DNA from: Callorhinchus milii
Taxonomy: Eukaryota
Length of the DNA: 64,000 nucleotides
Direction of reading: 5' to 3'
Assembly: GCF_018977255.1 (NCBI RefSeq)
Contig: NW_024704743.1
Location: 97,714,001 to 97,778,000, forward strand
Shown here: positions 52,201 to 63,870 of the stretch, piece by piece
Numbering within the stretch: position 1 is the first letter of the stretch
Layout: the number at the start of each line of letters is the position of its first letter
Notes under the pieces: model-generated
What the model saw: only the letters and a program-made list of their open reading frames with translations
Told to the model about the DNA's origin: nothing
The model's database searches: none
Program-made: the position numbers and the translations under genes

Positions 52201-53789
52201 GAAAACTCTGCAATCACCGTACACAAGAAAAAGTCATCAGCCCTGAACTCCAACTCAAAAAAGCTCAAATAAGAATGGAGCAGATTCATTTTGATCAAGT
52301 CCAGACCAGTGTTGTTGTCAATTTGCCCCAAATAAGAGTACCACAACCTTTCCAAAGTCACAGAATGTCCAGAGCAACGGAGCAAAATACGTATATTAGC
52401 ACAGCAAGACAGTAATGGCTTTAGACGTAGGCCAATTAAATGAATAAATAACCACAGTTCCCTTTAGGCTAACTATAAGATCCAAATTTTCTAGGTTTGA
52501 CATAATTGTACTGCATCACATAACATCTTTGCCATTCTCCTAACTGTAAAGTTAACCCATACAAAGATTACAAAAGGTTTTAAGCAGAAAAAGAAGGGGT
52601 GAGATTAAATAATTATGCTGCAATATGGAAGTATAGAAAAGCATTTGCTCCCATCTCAAGAGCTGAGCACATGCCAAAAAACAAACCACAAAAAGTAATC
52701 ACTGTAATATAAAGTAAGTGATCAAGAGATGAATCATTATGTTCTGAGGTCAAACATATAGAAGGGCCCAGTGGGAAAACAATGAAATTCCTGTTCAGTG
52801 CTACAAACTTTGAAACACATTAATCAGACAATATCATGTTTTTACATCCCTTCAGCAGGCCGGTCAAATTTCAGTCATCGAAATTGTCCCTTGCTCATTT
52901 TAGTTTAAATATTTTATTTTTATGTGACTCGCATTAAAATACGTGAGAAGTAAGACTTTTCAAAGTGAACACAAGCACACGCTTATTGAATCAATCAGCA
53001 ATTTCTATGACATTTTATCATCTATGATTCTATAAAAATGATCAGGAAAACAGAGTTTGAAGTAAATCATTGTAGAGGAGGAAAGCTGGGAGGAGGGGTT
53101 GAATAGACACCTTCAATGCTGGAGTTTCCATGACACAAATCTTGCAATGACAAAATGCCATCAGGTAAGGCTTGCATTCATGCTGAAGCTCGACACGAAC
53201 ATCAACGTGAAGCAGAATAAACTACAAATGAACCCACAAATAAGGTAGGACTGGACATCTTCAGATACAAAGCACGATCAGTAATTAATTTTGAAAGGCA
53301 TTTCCACTGCCAAAAAACTTTTTTTCTACAAACATCTTCTACAACTTGAAAATTATAAATCGAATGCAAAGGAAGGTGATTTGAACGAGCTTGCACCCAT
53401 CCCATCAGCCATATTTCCAGACATTTCTACTATCTTGCAGGATCAAAACCAGCAAGGTTACTTTTGCAATATCTGTAAATGTTCACACTTTTTGTTTGAA
53501 GAGTTTAAACCAGTAGGGGCTAGAACTTTGGTAATGCAGAAGTATAAGTATTAGATTAAATTTTCCACCTTGATCTCTAATTCTCTAAGGACTGTTATTG
53601 GATACTGACTTCAGCAACACGTAGCTGTGTTTTAAAAGAAAGCAGAAGAAAATATAGCAAAGCAAAAGAGCAAGAAAAAATACGAGAAAAATCAATACAA
53701 AATTGGAAAGAAGAATTTTTTTAAATTAAATGTTTACTGCAACTGATCATATTGAAAAGCTTCTAACCACTTTTCAGTAAATGTTGGTA

Positions 53790-54712
53790 AATATTGGTAA
53801 GTAACTGTTTTTATAGGCAAATGTGGCAGGCATTTATGAACAGCAAGGTTCCACAAACACCCATGAGATGAATGAGCAATTAATCTAGTGAATTGATGAC
53901 CGGGGACTGGGAGAAACTCTCTTCTCTTTTTAAGATCTTAAGATCCATCTGTTAAAAAAGCATACGGGATACTAGGTTTTATAAATAGGGGCATAGAATT
54001 CAAAAGTCAGGAGACTATGTTGAATATTTGTAAAATGCTGGTGGTTAGGCCTGCGTTCAGTTCTGGGCACCGCACTTTAGGAAAGATGTTAAGGGCATTG
54101 GAGAGGGTGCAAAGGAGGTTTACCAGGATGGTACCAGGAATGAAGGACCTTAGTTATGAGGAGAGGTTAGCGAAAGTAGGATTATTCTCCCTAGAGCAGA
54201 GAAGACTAAGAGGGGATTTAATAAAGGTTTTCAAGATCATGAGAGGATTTGATAGGTTGAATCAGGAAAAACTGTTTCCACTGGCATGTGGGTCAGTAAC
54301 CCGAGGACACGATTTAAGTTAGTTGTTAAAAGAAACAGAGGGGAAGTTAGGAAAACATTTTTCACCCAGCGAGTTGTTTGGAGCTGGAATGCATTACCAG
54401 AAAGGGTAATGGAAGCTGATTCAATAACAACTTTTAAGAGAGAAGTGGATGGGTATTTGGGGAGGACAGGATTGCAGGGCTAAGGAGAGAAAGAGGGCCA
54501 GTGGGATTGAGTTGGATTGCTCTTTTTGTAGCCGGCACAGACACAGACAGGCTGAATGGCCTCTTTCTGTGCTGTTTGATTCTATGATTCTAAGATCCAT
54601 TTGGAAAACAGGTAGATGGGACCTCAGTTGAATGTTTCATCTGAAAGTCAACATCCTAGCAATGGAGCACTCCCCACTATAGCTTTAGAATGCATCAGTC
54701 TTGAATATGAGT
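53790..54712 (-). mobile_element. Old long Deu SINE split by a CR1 insertion
   Basis: The left part (53790-53951) and right part (54591-54712) are colinear with the 9779-10220 copy. Confidence 0.7.
53952..54590 (+). mobile_element. CR1 LINE 3' end with a 13-bp target-site duplication
   Basis: LERVQRRFTRMVPG, LFSLEQRRLRGDLI and FFTQRVVWSWNALPE motifs, and a gattctatgattc tail. TSD taagatccatctg (53939-53951) / taagatccatttg (54591-54603). Confidence 0.93.
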
Positions 54713-57244
54713 TTAAAGAGCCATTTAAAAGAAAAAGCTGCTCTGAATGTTTGGAGGCTTTTGAGCATTCCCGAGACATTAAGGATTTCAAGCTGATCTG
54801 AAATTCTTGTCCCCAAATAACTGTAATTATGCAATAATTAATAATTGCATAATTAAGTGTGGTTCAAAGCTGACCATAATGCAGCACGTGGCCTAAATTT
54901 GCCTTGATGATTAATTTTGGAAAATAAGACTGAGAACTTCATCTATTGCTCCCTTTCTAATGAGATATATCACAATTCAGGTCACTTTTTCACAGACGTA
55001 TTTTAATATACAGGAGATTATTTATATATATGTATGTGAAACTGATGATGTCCAAACCCCCAATGGGGGCAAAGTAGATCCACAATCTCAAATTTGTCTT
55101 GAGTGGTACTTGGAAGCACTGACCACTCGATTTTCAAAAGGTAATGGGTTCCTTCTCTGAATTACTATACTGCAGTGAATTGACAACTTGGGTATTGGAC
55201 GAGTGGTCGTGGAGATTCCTTTGTTCTAATGCCTTTATCAAATTTTTTCTGCCAGTCTCTTGGACTTGGTTGTCTGGTACACTTGACTTTTGTATATGCA
55301 GTGGATATTTACACACATTGCGCATATTTATTATGTATACTGTACGTATAAATCATAACAAAAATTAAATAATGTAGCACACACGAGCCATAACATTTAG
55401 AGTAGGGAGGCTGCCAAGGTTGTGCAAGTCTCTAACTGACCCTTGAAACAACAAGGTACAACATAAAAGGTGCAATAATTTTGGAAAGATATGATTTTCT
55501 AATGGAGAAAGTATTTCAAACAGTAAAAAAGTACTATATACACTTTGCTTCCACTAACACTGTTGGTAGATGAATAGGTCAATTCGAAACAGAATCAATT
55601 GCGAAAGCAAATCATAAATTGCCAAGTTGTGATTTAGATCATAGAAATCAAATTACCTGCAAAAATACTGGACAGTGAGTACAAAGTAAGGAAAAAAAAG
55701 TTGTGATATCAGGTTCAACGTTAAGAAGAAGACAGGCTGTATCAGCATATACTGAAAGTCCATCTTTACCCACACTAAGCTTTGCAAGTCTGTAAATCGT
55801 CCTTGCCAAACGCCACTGTCTTCCCAAGTCCTAGTGGAAAAACTTCAAACCTTCATACTCATCTATAAATTCCTGCATGCCCTAGGCTTCTCTCTACCTC
55901 TGGAAACTTTTCCAGCCTCATTCTCCTCTTTCCCCTGCTGACAAATTCAGGCCTGCTGCTCTTTCTTACCCACTCCATCCCTCCCTCTCGCAATTGGTGG
56001 CCAAGCCTTCAGCGACTGGACCCAAACTTATACATGAAATCTCAAAATAAGCTAATTTAGTTTAGCTTTTTTCCACTTCTTCACAATGAATGCGGCAAAT
56101 CACAATTTATTTAAATCATAGGTAATACTCTGCATTACACTGGTCTCTCTTTTCAAAATCAACATTTTAAAGGCACTGAGACATACCCCCTTTCCCATGT
56201 CTAGCCCAGCTCAAATTGAATCCAAAACGTCTCCTGAATTCACTTGTAATGAGGCTTAATGTCTGAACATTAGACTGGATACTTTCATGGTAATATTTTA
56301 ATCAGTGACCAGCCATATTCACAAAAGTAACAGGCCTAACAAACATATGTGTGAAAGAAATATATTTTGTTTAAATCTATGGGATAACTATTATTTAGAT
56401 TGATCATTTATAATAATACTAATGATAATATCCTTGCATGTGATTCTAGAAATCCAATGTGAACAGCACAAATATTATTTTATTTATATTGTTAATACTT
56501 ATTTATATTATTTTATTTACATTGCTATTACTATTTTGTTTCACAGGATTTACGGTAAAGTGTAGTGACAATGACCCTAACCCTAATGTAATCAGTTGAA
56601 TCAGTAAGATTGTGGAAGCTGTAACAGGATAAAAAGTACAAATGGATGAATTCAGAACAAGAACGGGTTTAGACAAAAATACATCTGGCTGGTAGGGTTT
56701 TCCTGGCATGAAAGCATTTCAACAGTGTTGAGATAATAATGCTTCAAAATACTGTTTCAAAGCGCCTCATACAAGGAAATACTTCGAAATGCAGTATCTG
56801 TTACGTAAGAAACCCTGATGAAACTACTGAACCAGTTCAGCGATTTTTTTTGTCCAACCAACGTTTCTTACAAATTCAAGGCGTTGGTGGATCTGGAGAA
56901 TTGGAAACAATATATGGGTACATGTGTTATCTTATAGATAGATACTCATGAGTGTAGAGCTATGCTTGTATCATTGTATGTATATAAGTGGCTCAAAAAA
57001 AATCAGTGTTAATGATCTAGTATACAGTAATGTATTAATAACCTACTGTTCCACATCGAAAATCTCATTAATTCTGAAATAGCACTATTCCCATGGCATT
57101 ATTCGAAAAGAGAAGGGAACTTCTTCCAGTGTCCTTTGAGACATCTCAATAAAGTGACATCAAATGTAAGCATTACTGTTATTATTACTACAATTATAAA
57201 TTGTATGCATTACTATTATTATTACTACAATTATAAATTGTAAT

Positions 57245-58375
57245 TAGAGTGCCTTTCATATCGGGAGGGCATCCTAAGGAACAGTTAAAGGTCTGCACCT
57301 GAGCTGGGGGTTGGATTTGGATGAGGTGGAAGCCAAAGAGCGTAGAGTGTGGGAAGATGATGAAAGCTGGTCGTGAAGCAGGTGGGTGCCTGTGGAGCGG
57401 AGAGGTTAGTAGTTTTAGGTCACAGAGGCAGGGTAGGGCAAGACTGTGGAGGGATTTAGAAGTGAGAATAAGGATCTAGGGGGGTATGGGGAGCGAGTGG
57501 ACCCGGGCAATGATAGGGGTAATAGGCTTGCAGAGCACAGTGCAGGAAAGTATATCAGCTACAGAGTTCTAAATAACCTACAGCTTGTGGAAGGAAGAGA
57601 TGGGAAGTCCAGGAAGCAGATGATTGTCGTTGTCAACCCTGGACATGATAAAAGCATGGAAAAGGATCTAGGCTGCCCGAGGGGAGAGGAAATGGCATAG
57701 GTGGGCAATGTTACGGAGGTGGGGGAAGGCTGAAGGGTTCAAGGCACAGTTGTTTAAAGGATAGTTGAGAGTCAAACAAGACACTGAAGTTCTGCACTGG
57801 CTGCGGGAGGTGGAGTTCTGCATCCATGGATGGTGATGCTGTCAGTGTCTGAGGTGAGAAGGTGCTGGAGGGAACCAACAGATGAGCCTCTGTCTTGTCG
57901 ACATTCAACTCAAGAAAGTTAGCTCTATTCCAGGACTTGGTGTCTGACAGTAATTAGTCAGAACAGCAATGGTCCTGGAATCAATGGTGGAGGCAGAGAG
58001 ATTAGGTTGAGTGTCATCTGCATACATGTGGAAGTTACCCCATGCCTGCGGATGACATCGCCGAGCGGGACTATGTAGATATTCACGAGAGGACTGAGGG
58101 TACAGCCCTGAGGAATGCTGCACATGACATCATGAGAGCGGGAGGAGAAGCCTTTGGCAGATATAGTGACTTTGGGATAGGCAAGAATTATATGGACATG
58201 TTCCTCTCAGCTCCACTTTCATGGTCAGAAAGGTGGTGGAGAAAAATCGAATGATCGACAGTATCAAAGGCAGTGGAGAGGTCAAGAAAGACAAGGAGGC
58301 AGAAAGAGGGAACGAATGTCATTTGCGACTTTGACCAGGGCAGTCTCAGTACCGTGGGCAGCATAGAAGCCGATT
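57245..58375 (-). mobile_element. Degenerate L2 LINE
   Basis: [10 protein letters not shown] and NVDKTEA motifs, plus HGTETALVKV and LDLSTAFDTVDH on the minus strand. Confidence 0.88.
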
Positions 58376-58570
58376 GTGTTCATGCCGTTCATACACAATT
58401 ATTACAGCTTTGAAACATTCAATGTAATAAGATGCAATGTTTAACAAGGAATCCAATTCAGAATTTCTGTCGATTTGCACGAACCCCATTCTGAAAGATC
58501 ACGATGTGACAGAGGTCGCGACGTGGGCATCTGGTCACCCCCCTAAACCCCATTTGGCCAGCTTGGAAAA

Positions 58571-58679
58571 GGAATCCAGTTGTACGAAATAACACAAATT
58601 AGACCCGATTGCCCCCCCACCCCTCCCTCCCCGGGCAGAAAAGTGGAATCCAGTTATAAGAAATAACACAAATTAGACC
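58571..58679. repeat. Local direct repeat of about 35 bp
   Basis: ggaatccagttgtacgaaataacacaaattagacc (58571-58605) and ggaatccagttataagaaataacacaaattagacc (58645-58679). Confidence 0.9.
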
Positions 58680-58686
58680 GGGATGT

Positions 58687-58713
58687 CACACGCGCACACA
58701 CACACACACACAC
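58687..58713. repeat. (CA)n microsatellite
   Basis: cacacgcgcacacacacacacacacac. Confidence 0.9.
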
Positions 58714-58870
58714 CCTTCTTGCAAGGGTAACGGGCAGAAAGGACCAGCGCCTTGGGTCATCGTCCCGACGTGAAAGGCGCTACAAAATGTAATTGGCTGT
58801 TGTTGGTGCTGTTGGGAGGCGCGGTGCCGGGTGCAGGTGCAGAGCTGACTGTCAGGGCCTCGGTGCTTAC

Positions 58871-58880
58871 CTGCCGGCAT
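58871..58880 (-). CDS. EFR3A: EFR3A first coding segment (ATG CCG GCA G, phase-1 donor)
   Basis: Minus strand reads GAGAGG ATG CCG GCA G|GTAAGC. There is an A at -3 and a strong donor, and it joins exon 2 (GA GTA TGT) in frame to give MPAGVCGCC, parallel to MPTRVCCCC of mammalian EFR3A. It lies in the CpG island. Confidence 0.85.
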
Positions 58881-59030
58881 CCTCTCTGCTGCTCGGCCTC
58901 GGCTCAGGGGGTGGGTGTCTGTCTCACCGTCACAGCCAAGTTACACACACCATCCCATCGCTCTGCAGAGACAGGAATACACAGTGAAGTCCAGAGTCAC
59001 CTCACCCCAGACCCGGCTCCAGCCTGACAG

Positions 59031-59064
59031 GGGCAGCGCCGGGCAGCGCCGGGCAGCGCCGGGC
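59031..59064. repeat. Tandem repeat (GGGCAGCGCC)x3.4
   Basis: Three perfect 10-mers in the CpG island. Confidence 0.9.
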
Positions 59065-59212
59065 CGCCAGTCATCCCAGCGCCGGCCCCCGGCTAACCAC
59101 AGCCGCTGGTCCCCGGCCTGAGCTCCCACCCACCCACCCACCCGACCCGAGCGCCCCCCGGCCCGGCCCGGCCCGGCCCCAGCCCCGGCCCCGCTCGGCG
59201 GCGGGTGTGTAC

Positions 59213-59300
59213 CTGAGGCCCTGTCTGGCGGCTCCTCCCGTCCGTGTAACTTTCAGCCGTTGGAAACGATCGGCTGCGGCTCCAGGAAGTCATCAACTGC
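59213..59300 (-). other. EFR3A: Candidate upstream 5' UTR exon
   Basis: Donor CCTCAG|GTACAC at 59213/59212, followed by GC-rich intron-like sequence and a strong acceptor (ttcactgtgtattcctgtctctgcag|, exon edge 58962) upstream of the ATG. The 5' end is unknown. Confidence 0.45.
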
Positions 59301-59327
59301 TTCCGGCCACCGCGGCGGCACTTCCTG
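59283..59327. promoter_or_regulatory. Cluster of three ETS-type GGAA motifs
   Basis: CAGGAAGT 59283-59290, GCTTCCGG 59299-59306 and ACTTCCTG 59320-59327. Such clusters are typical of TATA-less housekeeping promoters. Confidence 0.55.
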
Positions 59328-59387
59328 TTTTGCCTGACCCCCCCCCCCCCCCGGGGGTCACACACCAGCGGCGGGTATCAGACCAAG

Positions 59388-59550
59388 AATAATAATGATA
59401 ATAATAATAATAATAATCCTTACATTTGATGTGCGGCCTCGTTCCTGTCGGGACGACGTCTCGCGACGCCTCACTGGATGAGGTGTAGTGACTGTGTTTT
59501 GCGGGTGAACCCGGGGGCCAACTTGCGCTCAGCAACGTCACGCAGACGCC
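59388..59550 (-). mobile_element. Diverged, GC-rich SINE 3' half within the promoter island
   Basis: (AAT)n ccttacatttgat...gacgacgtctcgcgacgcctcac...gtgactgtgtttt...gccaacttgcgctcagca is colinear with the SINE tail and core. Confidence 0.75.
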
Positions 59551-59807
59551 GGGGGTTGCCACACCTCCGAGGCGCGGGTAGGAACAACCGCCAAAAAGCC
59601 CCTCCTCGCGGAGCCCGCCAGGGCCCCTCGGACACCTCTCAGGCCCTTCCAACGTATTTCCATCGCCATTTCGGTACAAAATAAATCAGCTCACACTTGA
59701 TTGAAACTTTTGGTCGCGACGTGTAGCCGCTGTATGATCGAGCTTCTAATTGAACTTCTCCCAAAACCAAGGGCTGAGTAATTATCACTTCATTTTTATA
59801 ATAATCC

Positions 59808-60094
59808 GTGTCAGTCTGGCTCAGTTTGTAGCTCACTCTTGAGTCCGTGGGTGTGGGTTCAAGCCCCACATCGGGACTTGAGCTCGCATAGACTAAGCCG
59901 ACACTCCAATGCAATGCTGCGGGTGTGTTTCATTGTTGGAGGTCCCATCCTTCAGTTGAGACGTTAAACCGAGGTCCCGTCCGCCTGTTGAGGCGGCCAC
60001 AAAAGATCTCACGGCATTATTCGAAAAGAGAAGGGAGTTTCGCCCGGTGTCCTGGCCAGGAATCCCCCAAATAAAATTGGTAATTTGTTTCTTT
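59808..60094 (+). mobile_element. Long Deu SINE, 5' part
   Basis: gtcagtctggctcagtttgtagc...gggttcaagccccac head, then gagacgttaaaccgaggtccc...ggcattattcgaaaagagaagggagtt body. Confidence 0.8.
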
Positions 60095-60404
60095 CCCTTT
60101 ATGCCCTGGCACCTCCCTACTTCTCCAACCTCCTCACTCCCCACTCCACCACTTGCCGCTTCCGCTCGGCTGCCTCCTGCTTGTCTCTCATCCCCTCCAC
60201 TCCACCATCAACAGCCATGCTTTCAGCCATTTCAGCCACTCTACAAAATTTTGGAACTCCCTCCCTCAATGCTTCCCCACTTTCAGACCACGCCCGAAAC
60301 CTTCCTCTTCGACCGTACTTAAGATCACCAACCCCCAGCTCGGCGTTGGGCTTCGGGGCTGTTGGGTGGTCTATGCGTGCTATATAAATGCAACTTGTTG
60401 TTGC
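60095..60404 (+). mobile_element. L2 3' fragment
   Basis: ALAPPYFSNLL, HAFSH and FWNSLP motifs, and tail aaatgcaacttgttgttg. Confidence 0.8.
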
Positions 60405-61477
60405 AACAAATCCCTCCAATATTATTGTTTTATTTTGCAATAGAAAATAGTGAAAGAAATACAGTCTTGTATAGTTTCAGTAAATGAGATTTTGTGTTGT
60501 GAAAACTGAATTGTGAAGGTGGGAGGACATTAAAAACTTGTTCCTGTATCAACTGATTCACTTCTTCATTTGTTTGTTTCCTCTTCATTTATTTTGTTTG
60601 GGTCTGTTGCAAGAAGGAATTTCTTAATCTAAATGGTAACACTGGGTGTGGTTGTAAGGCTTTAAAATGCTCAAGGGATTCAGGTGGTGAAGTGAATCAC
60701 AAGTGAAGTTAAGTTGTTTGTTCACTCATCTGCAGTTCAAGAGGATATTACTATCTCTTCCTAAGCACTTTTTTAATTTTCTTTTGGTCAGGCGGGTGTC
60801 TGACATAGCGGAAACTCATCACTATGATTAAGAGGAGATTTCCATGCATCCCACCTACACATGGAAATCCCAGAGATAGATTGTTGGAATAGAATACGCA
60901 CTCTCTCTCTGGAGGGACCCATCCTGCTTACCTAATTCTGGAAAGTTTTTATTTGGCGTAGGTTGGCAAGAGCCAAGGCTTGGGGACCCCAGTGTGTGCG
61001 TTGGGTACTGCTGGAGTCTAACCAGCTAAAACAGTATAGCTGACCATTGATATTCCTGTCCAGCAAGCTTTCCCACTGCTTGTCCAGCTAGGACCACCCT
61101 ACCTGTTAAGGCTATGGCTTGCAGGATTAACAGGAGCTGAATGGAATGACTCACTACCCCTAGTGGCTGGTCTGCTCTTCCAGGTCCTGCTGATGAGCCA
61201 GGCTGGCTGTGCTGTCATCAGCAATGCCCTGAAATACTGCGGACAGACATTTTTTTTACCATACACACAAATAAGTGTTCATTTTTCCAGATCATTCCTG
61301 TTGGAGTTTGACAGTAGTTCATATTGACAGTTACTGCAGACATGATGCCTGGTGTTTCTCCATGCCACACAAAGTGGTAGGGACCAAAGGACATGACCAA
61401 CATGATATTAGAATCATTGTTATATATGAAGCAGTTGGATAAGGTTTGCATTGAGAAATATTCTGTTTCAGCATTTG

Positions 61478-61835
61478 TGTGGCAGCCTAGCTCAGTTGGT
61501 AGCACTCTCACCTTATGGTTGAGGCTGGAGTATTGGGGGTGCACTTCATTGTTGACAATGTTATCATTTGGGTGAGGCATCAAACCAAGATCCTGTCTGC
61601 ATACTCAGGTGGATGTTAAAGATCTCATGATACTATGGTGTCCTCCCGTTACCCTGACTGATAATCCCGCAGATAAAATTGGCAATTTACTTCATGGTTA
61701 TTTGTGGGCTTTACTGTATGCAAGTTGGCTGCCTCCTTCACCTACAAAATATATAATCACTACGCTTTAGAGTAAATCCTGAGCAGCGTTTTGAGACTTC
61801 CTCCCGACATGAAAGGTGCTTTATCGAAATGCATG
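61478..61835 (+). mobile_element. Long Deu SINE
   Basis: tagctcagttggtagcactctcacc head, body, core and tail. Confidence 0.75.
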
Positions 61836-62501
61836 GATGGGGTTTTTTGTATGAGCTTGCATGGAATAGCAGGGTTCAGATTCAGTCCGCCACATATTGA
61901 GTTCCTGATTTGAATTGTGTTGCTTATGGGAGAAATTCAATGAACTGTAGGCATTTCTGCACAGAAAAGGAGTTAAAATTTATAGCAGAATCTTGCATAT
62001 TTATTCCGGAATAAAACCTGGAGACTCGTGGAGAGCAATGTTGGCAAATGCCTGAGAACAGATTGTCCTCCCACACTCTCATCCACAGTTGGTGGGTGGC
62101 TGGGGAGAAAACTAGAGGAGGGCATAAAGCAATTTGTTTTTATAAAGGCAAATATTCTTATATATATGTTATTAAGTATTTATTGCACAGATAGTCTATA
62201 AGTTTCCAGGACAGTCTTATTAAATTTAGAAGAGTAAAGATTAGAAAAGTGCCACGTTACACCACTTTGAATACTGAATATTTATCAAAACAGATTATTG
62301 CCAACCGTACAGAGAAGTCTGAATAAACAGCAGTATGACACATTGATGGATTGTAATGGGCTGTTACAGCTAAAAGATGTGGAATGGTAAAACCTGGATG
62401 GTAATAGACAGTGGTGAACAGAGTCCACGTTAGATTAAACTAAATTTAATAACGACTTGATTTTTGGATGTTTAATGTTTATCAATAAGAATTTCTTGTT
62501 T

Positions 62502-62930
62502 CTAGCCCAGATCAGTTGGTAGCACTATTACCTCTAAATCAGAAGGCTGTGGGATCAAGCCTTTCATCAGGAACTCATACAGTCCAGGTTGACATTCCTA
62601 TATAATCCTAGGAGTATGTTGCATTGTCAGAGGCGCATTCCTTCGAGTGAAACGTTAAATCAAGGTCTCATCTGCCTGTTCTGGTGGAGTTCCTTCTGAT
62701 GTCCTAGCCAACAATTTCCTGGGTAATCCATTTTATAAGCTCTTCGGGACCCTACCCCGCGTGAAGGGCGCTATATAAATGCAAGTTTTTGTTGTTGTTG
62801 TTGGCTGTTTTGGGGACATCAATGTGTGCAAATTGACAGCTGTGTTCACTCACAAAATCTACATTCACTACGCTTTACAAAAATCCTGTGAACCACTTTG
62901 AGACATCCTCCAGATGTGTAGAAAAATGTC
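62502..62930 (+). mobile_element. Long Deu SINE with a nested L2 tail (about 62735-62803)
   Basis: cagttggtagcact...cagaaggctgtgggatcaagcc head. The core resumes (gctgtttttgggga...tgtgtgcaaattg) after a (TTG)n-ended insert. Confidence 0.72.
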
Positions 62931-63619
62931 ACAATCACGTTACCCACTGTCTATATCAATTGTGCATTTTATTCTCTTTCGTGAATAGTGCATTCGGAGT
63001 AATGGTTAATCAACAGGATTTTGTCAAAATGTTAATGTAGGTTGTTGGTTAAAATAAGTTTAACATAATACTAACAAGTAACTTTTAAAACACGTTTCTG
63101 TCATTGATCAGTTGCACAGATATATACCATGGCAAGTGAAACAGTCAATTAAAAAGTAACATTTATTTTATCCTGTGTTCATCTGAAAGAAAGTAACTCA
63201 TGCGGCAGCCCACTAGAGCCTCATCTAAATGCCCATTCTTCACCTTTCAGACTGGATAGTGAATGCCACCATTCATTTGATGAGGAGAGCATCATACACA
63301 AAACACAATTCTGGCCTTACTCAGGAAGATGTGTGTGGTTGTATGCGTAGGAGAATCCTTTAGCCGTTATATGTATAATTTTCACAATGTACCCTTACAC
63401 CACGAAATCCCAATAAATTGTTAAAGTCACTGCGTTTTGTGGGAAGAGGAACTTTTGTCCCCATAGGGTCCACACAGATTCCAGGAGCAGCAACAGGAAC
63501 GGACCCTGTACTGATCTTTTCCTTTGTTCCCTGCGACATCTTGTAATGCCCCTCCAACGTTCTGGCAAAGATCAGCCAACTTAACACAGATTTATTTGGA
63601 AACTTCCTTTTCTGTATGG

Positions 63620-63868
63620 GTCACAAGATTTGTTTGGATGAAGAAGGCCCTCTGGCCCATTTAATCTCATCCTTCCAGAATACCCAGGCTACCGTTCTCC
63701 CATAATAGCACCAAGCTATTTTTTAAATGAGTCCAGTGCCCTACCCTCAACTACCCTTCCTGGCAATCTGTACTGGTAATAGTTAGTCTCTGGATAAAGA
63801 AATCCTACATGGTGTCTGTTCTAAAATTGCCCTTGGAACCCAAACGTGTGTCCTCTTGTTCTACTGTC
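63620..63868 (-). mobile_element. Degenerate CR1 3' end
   Basis: gaagaaggccctctggcccat 3' UTR-like sequence and ctcaactacccttcctggcaa (LPGRVVE) on the minus strand. Confidence 0.55.
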
Positions 63869-63870
63869 TT

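Larger units (their letters stand above)
9106..59300 (-). other. EFR3A: EFR3 homolog A gene, 5' portion (exons 1-7); continues beyond the low-coordinate end of the window
   Basis: Seven phase-compatible GT-AG exons translate to MPAGVCGCCGALRPRYKRLVDNIFPEDPKDGLVKADMEKLTFYAVSAPDKLDRIG...ELLGRAAYGNMNNAVRPVL. The residues DPK, YAVS, LAERLSRDVVRH, CHSQS, ESGEP, YHRRY, FSAMCH and MNNAVRPV fit EFR3A rather than EFR3B. Confidence 0.93.
58700..59750. promoter_or_regulatory. CpG island / probable EFR3A promoter
   Basis: Abrupt GC- and CpG-rich block in AT-rich DNA, spanning the start exon. It has GC-rich repeats and no obvious TATA box. Confidence 0.85.

Noticed and set aside
54824..54855. 12-bp inverted repeat taattatgcaat/attgcataatta
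   Set aside because: Short and AT-rich, plausible by chance or slippage.
57170..57243. 37-bp tandem duplication (gcattact.ttattattactacaattataaattgta x2)
   Set aside because: AT-rich duplication at a SINE tail with no sign of function.
27822..61200. Scattered CTGATGA motifs (about 27822, 41963, 56814, 61190) as hammerhead cores or snoRNA boxes
   Set aside because: None is followed by a stem plus GAAA, and none has a convincing C/D box arrangement.
2352..63587. The many 60-180 aa ORFs in the track, and any CRISPR-like array
   Set aside because: The ORFs are chance frames or repeat-derived (for example the recurring [16 protein letters not shown] comes from the SINE core). The repeats are dispersed rather than regularly spaced.
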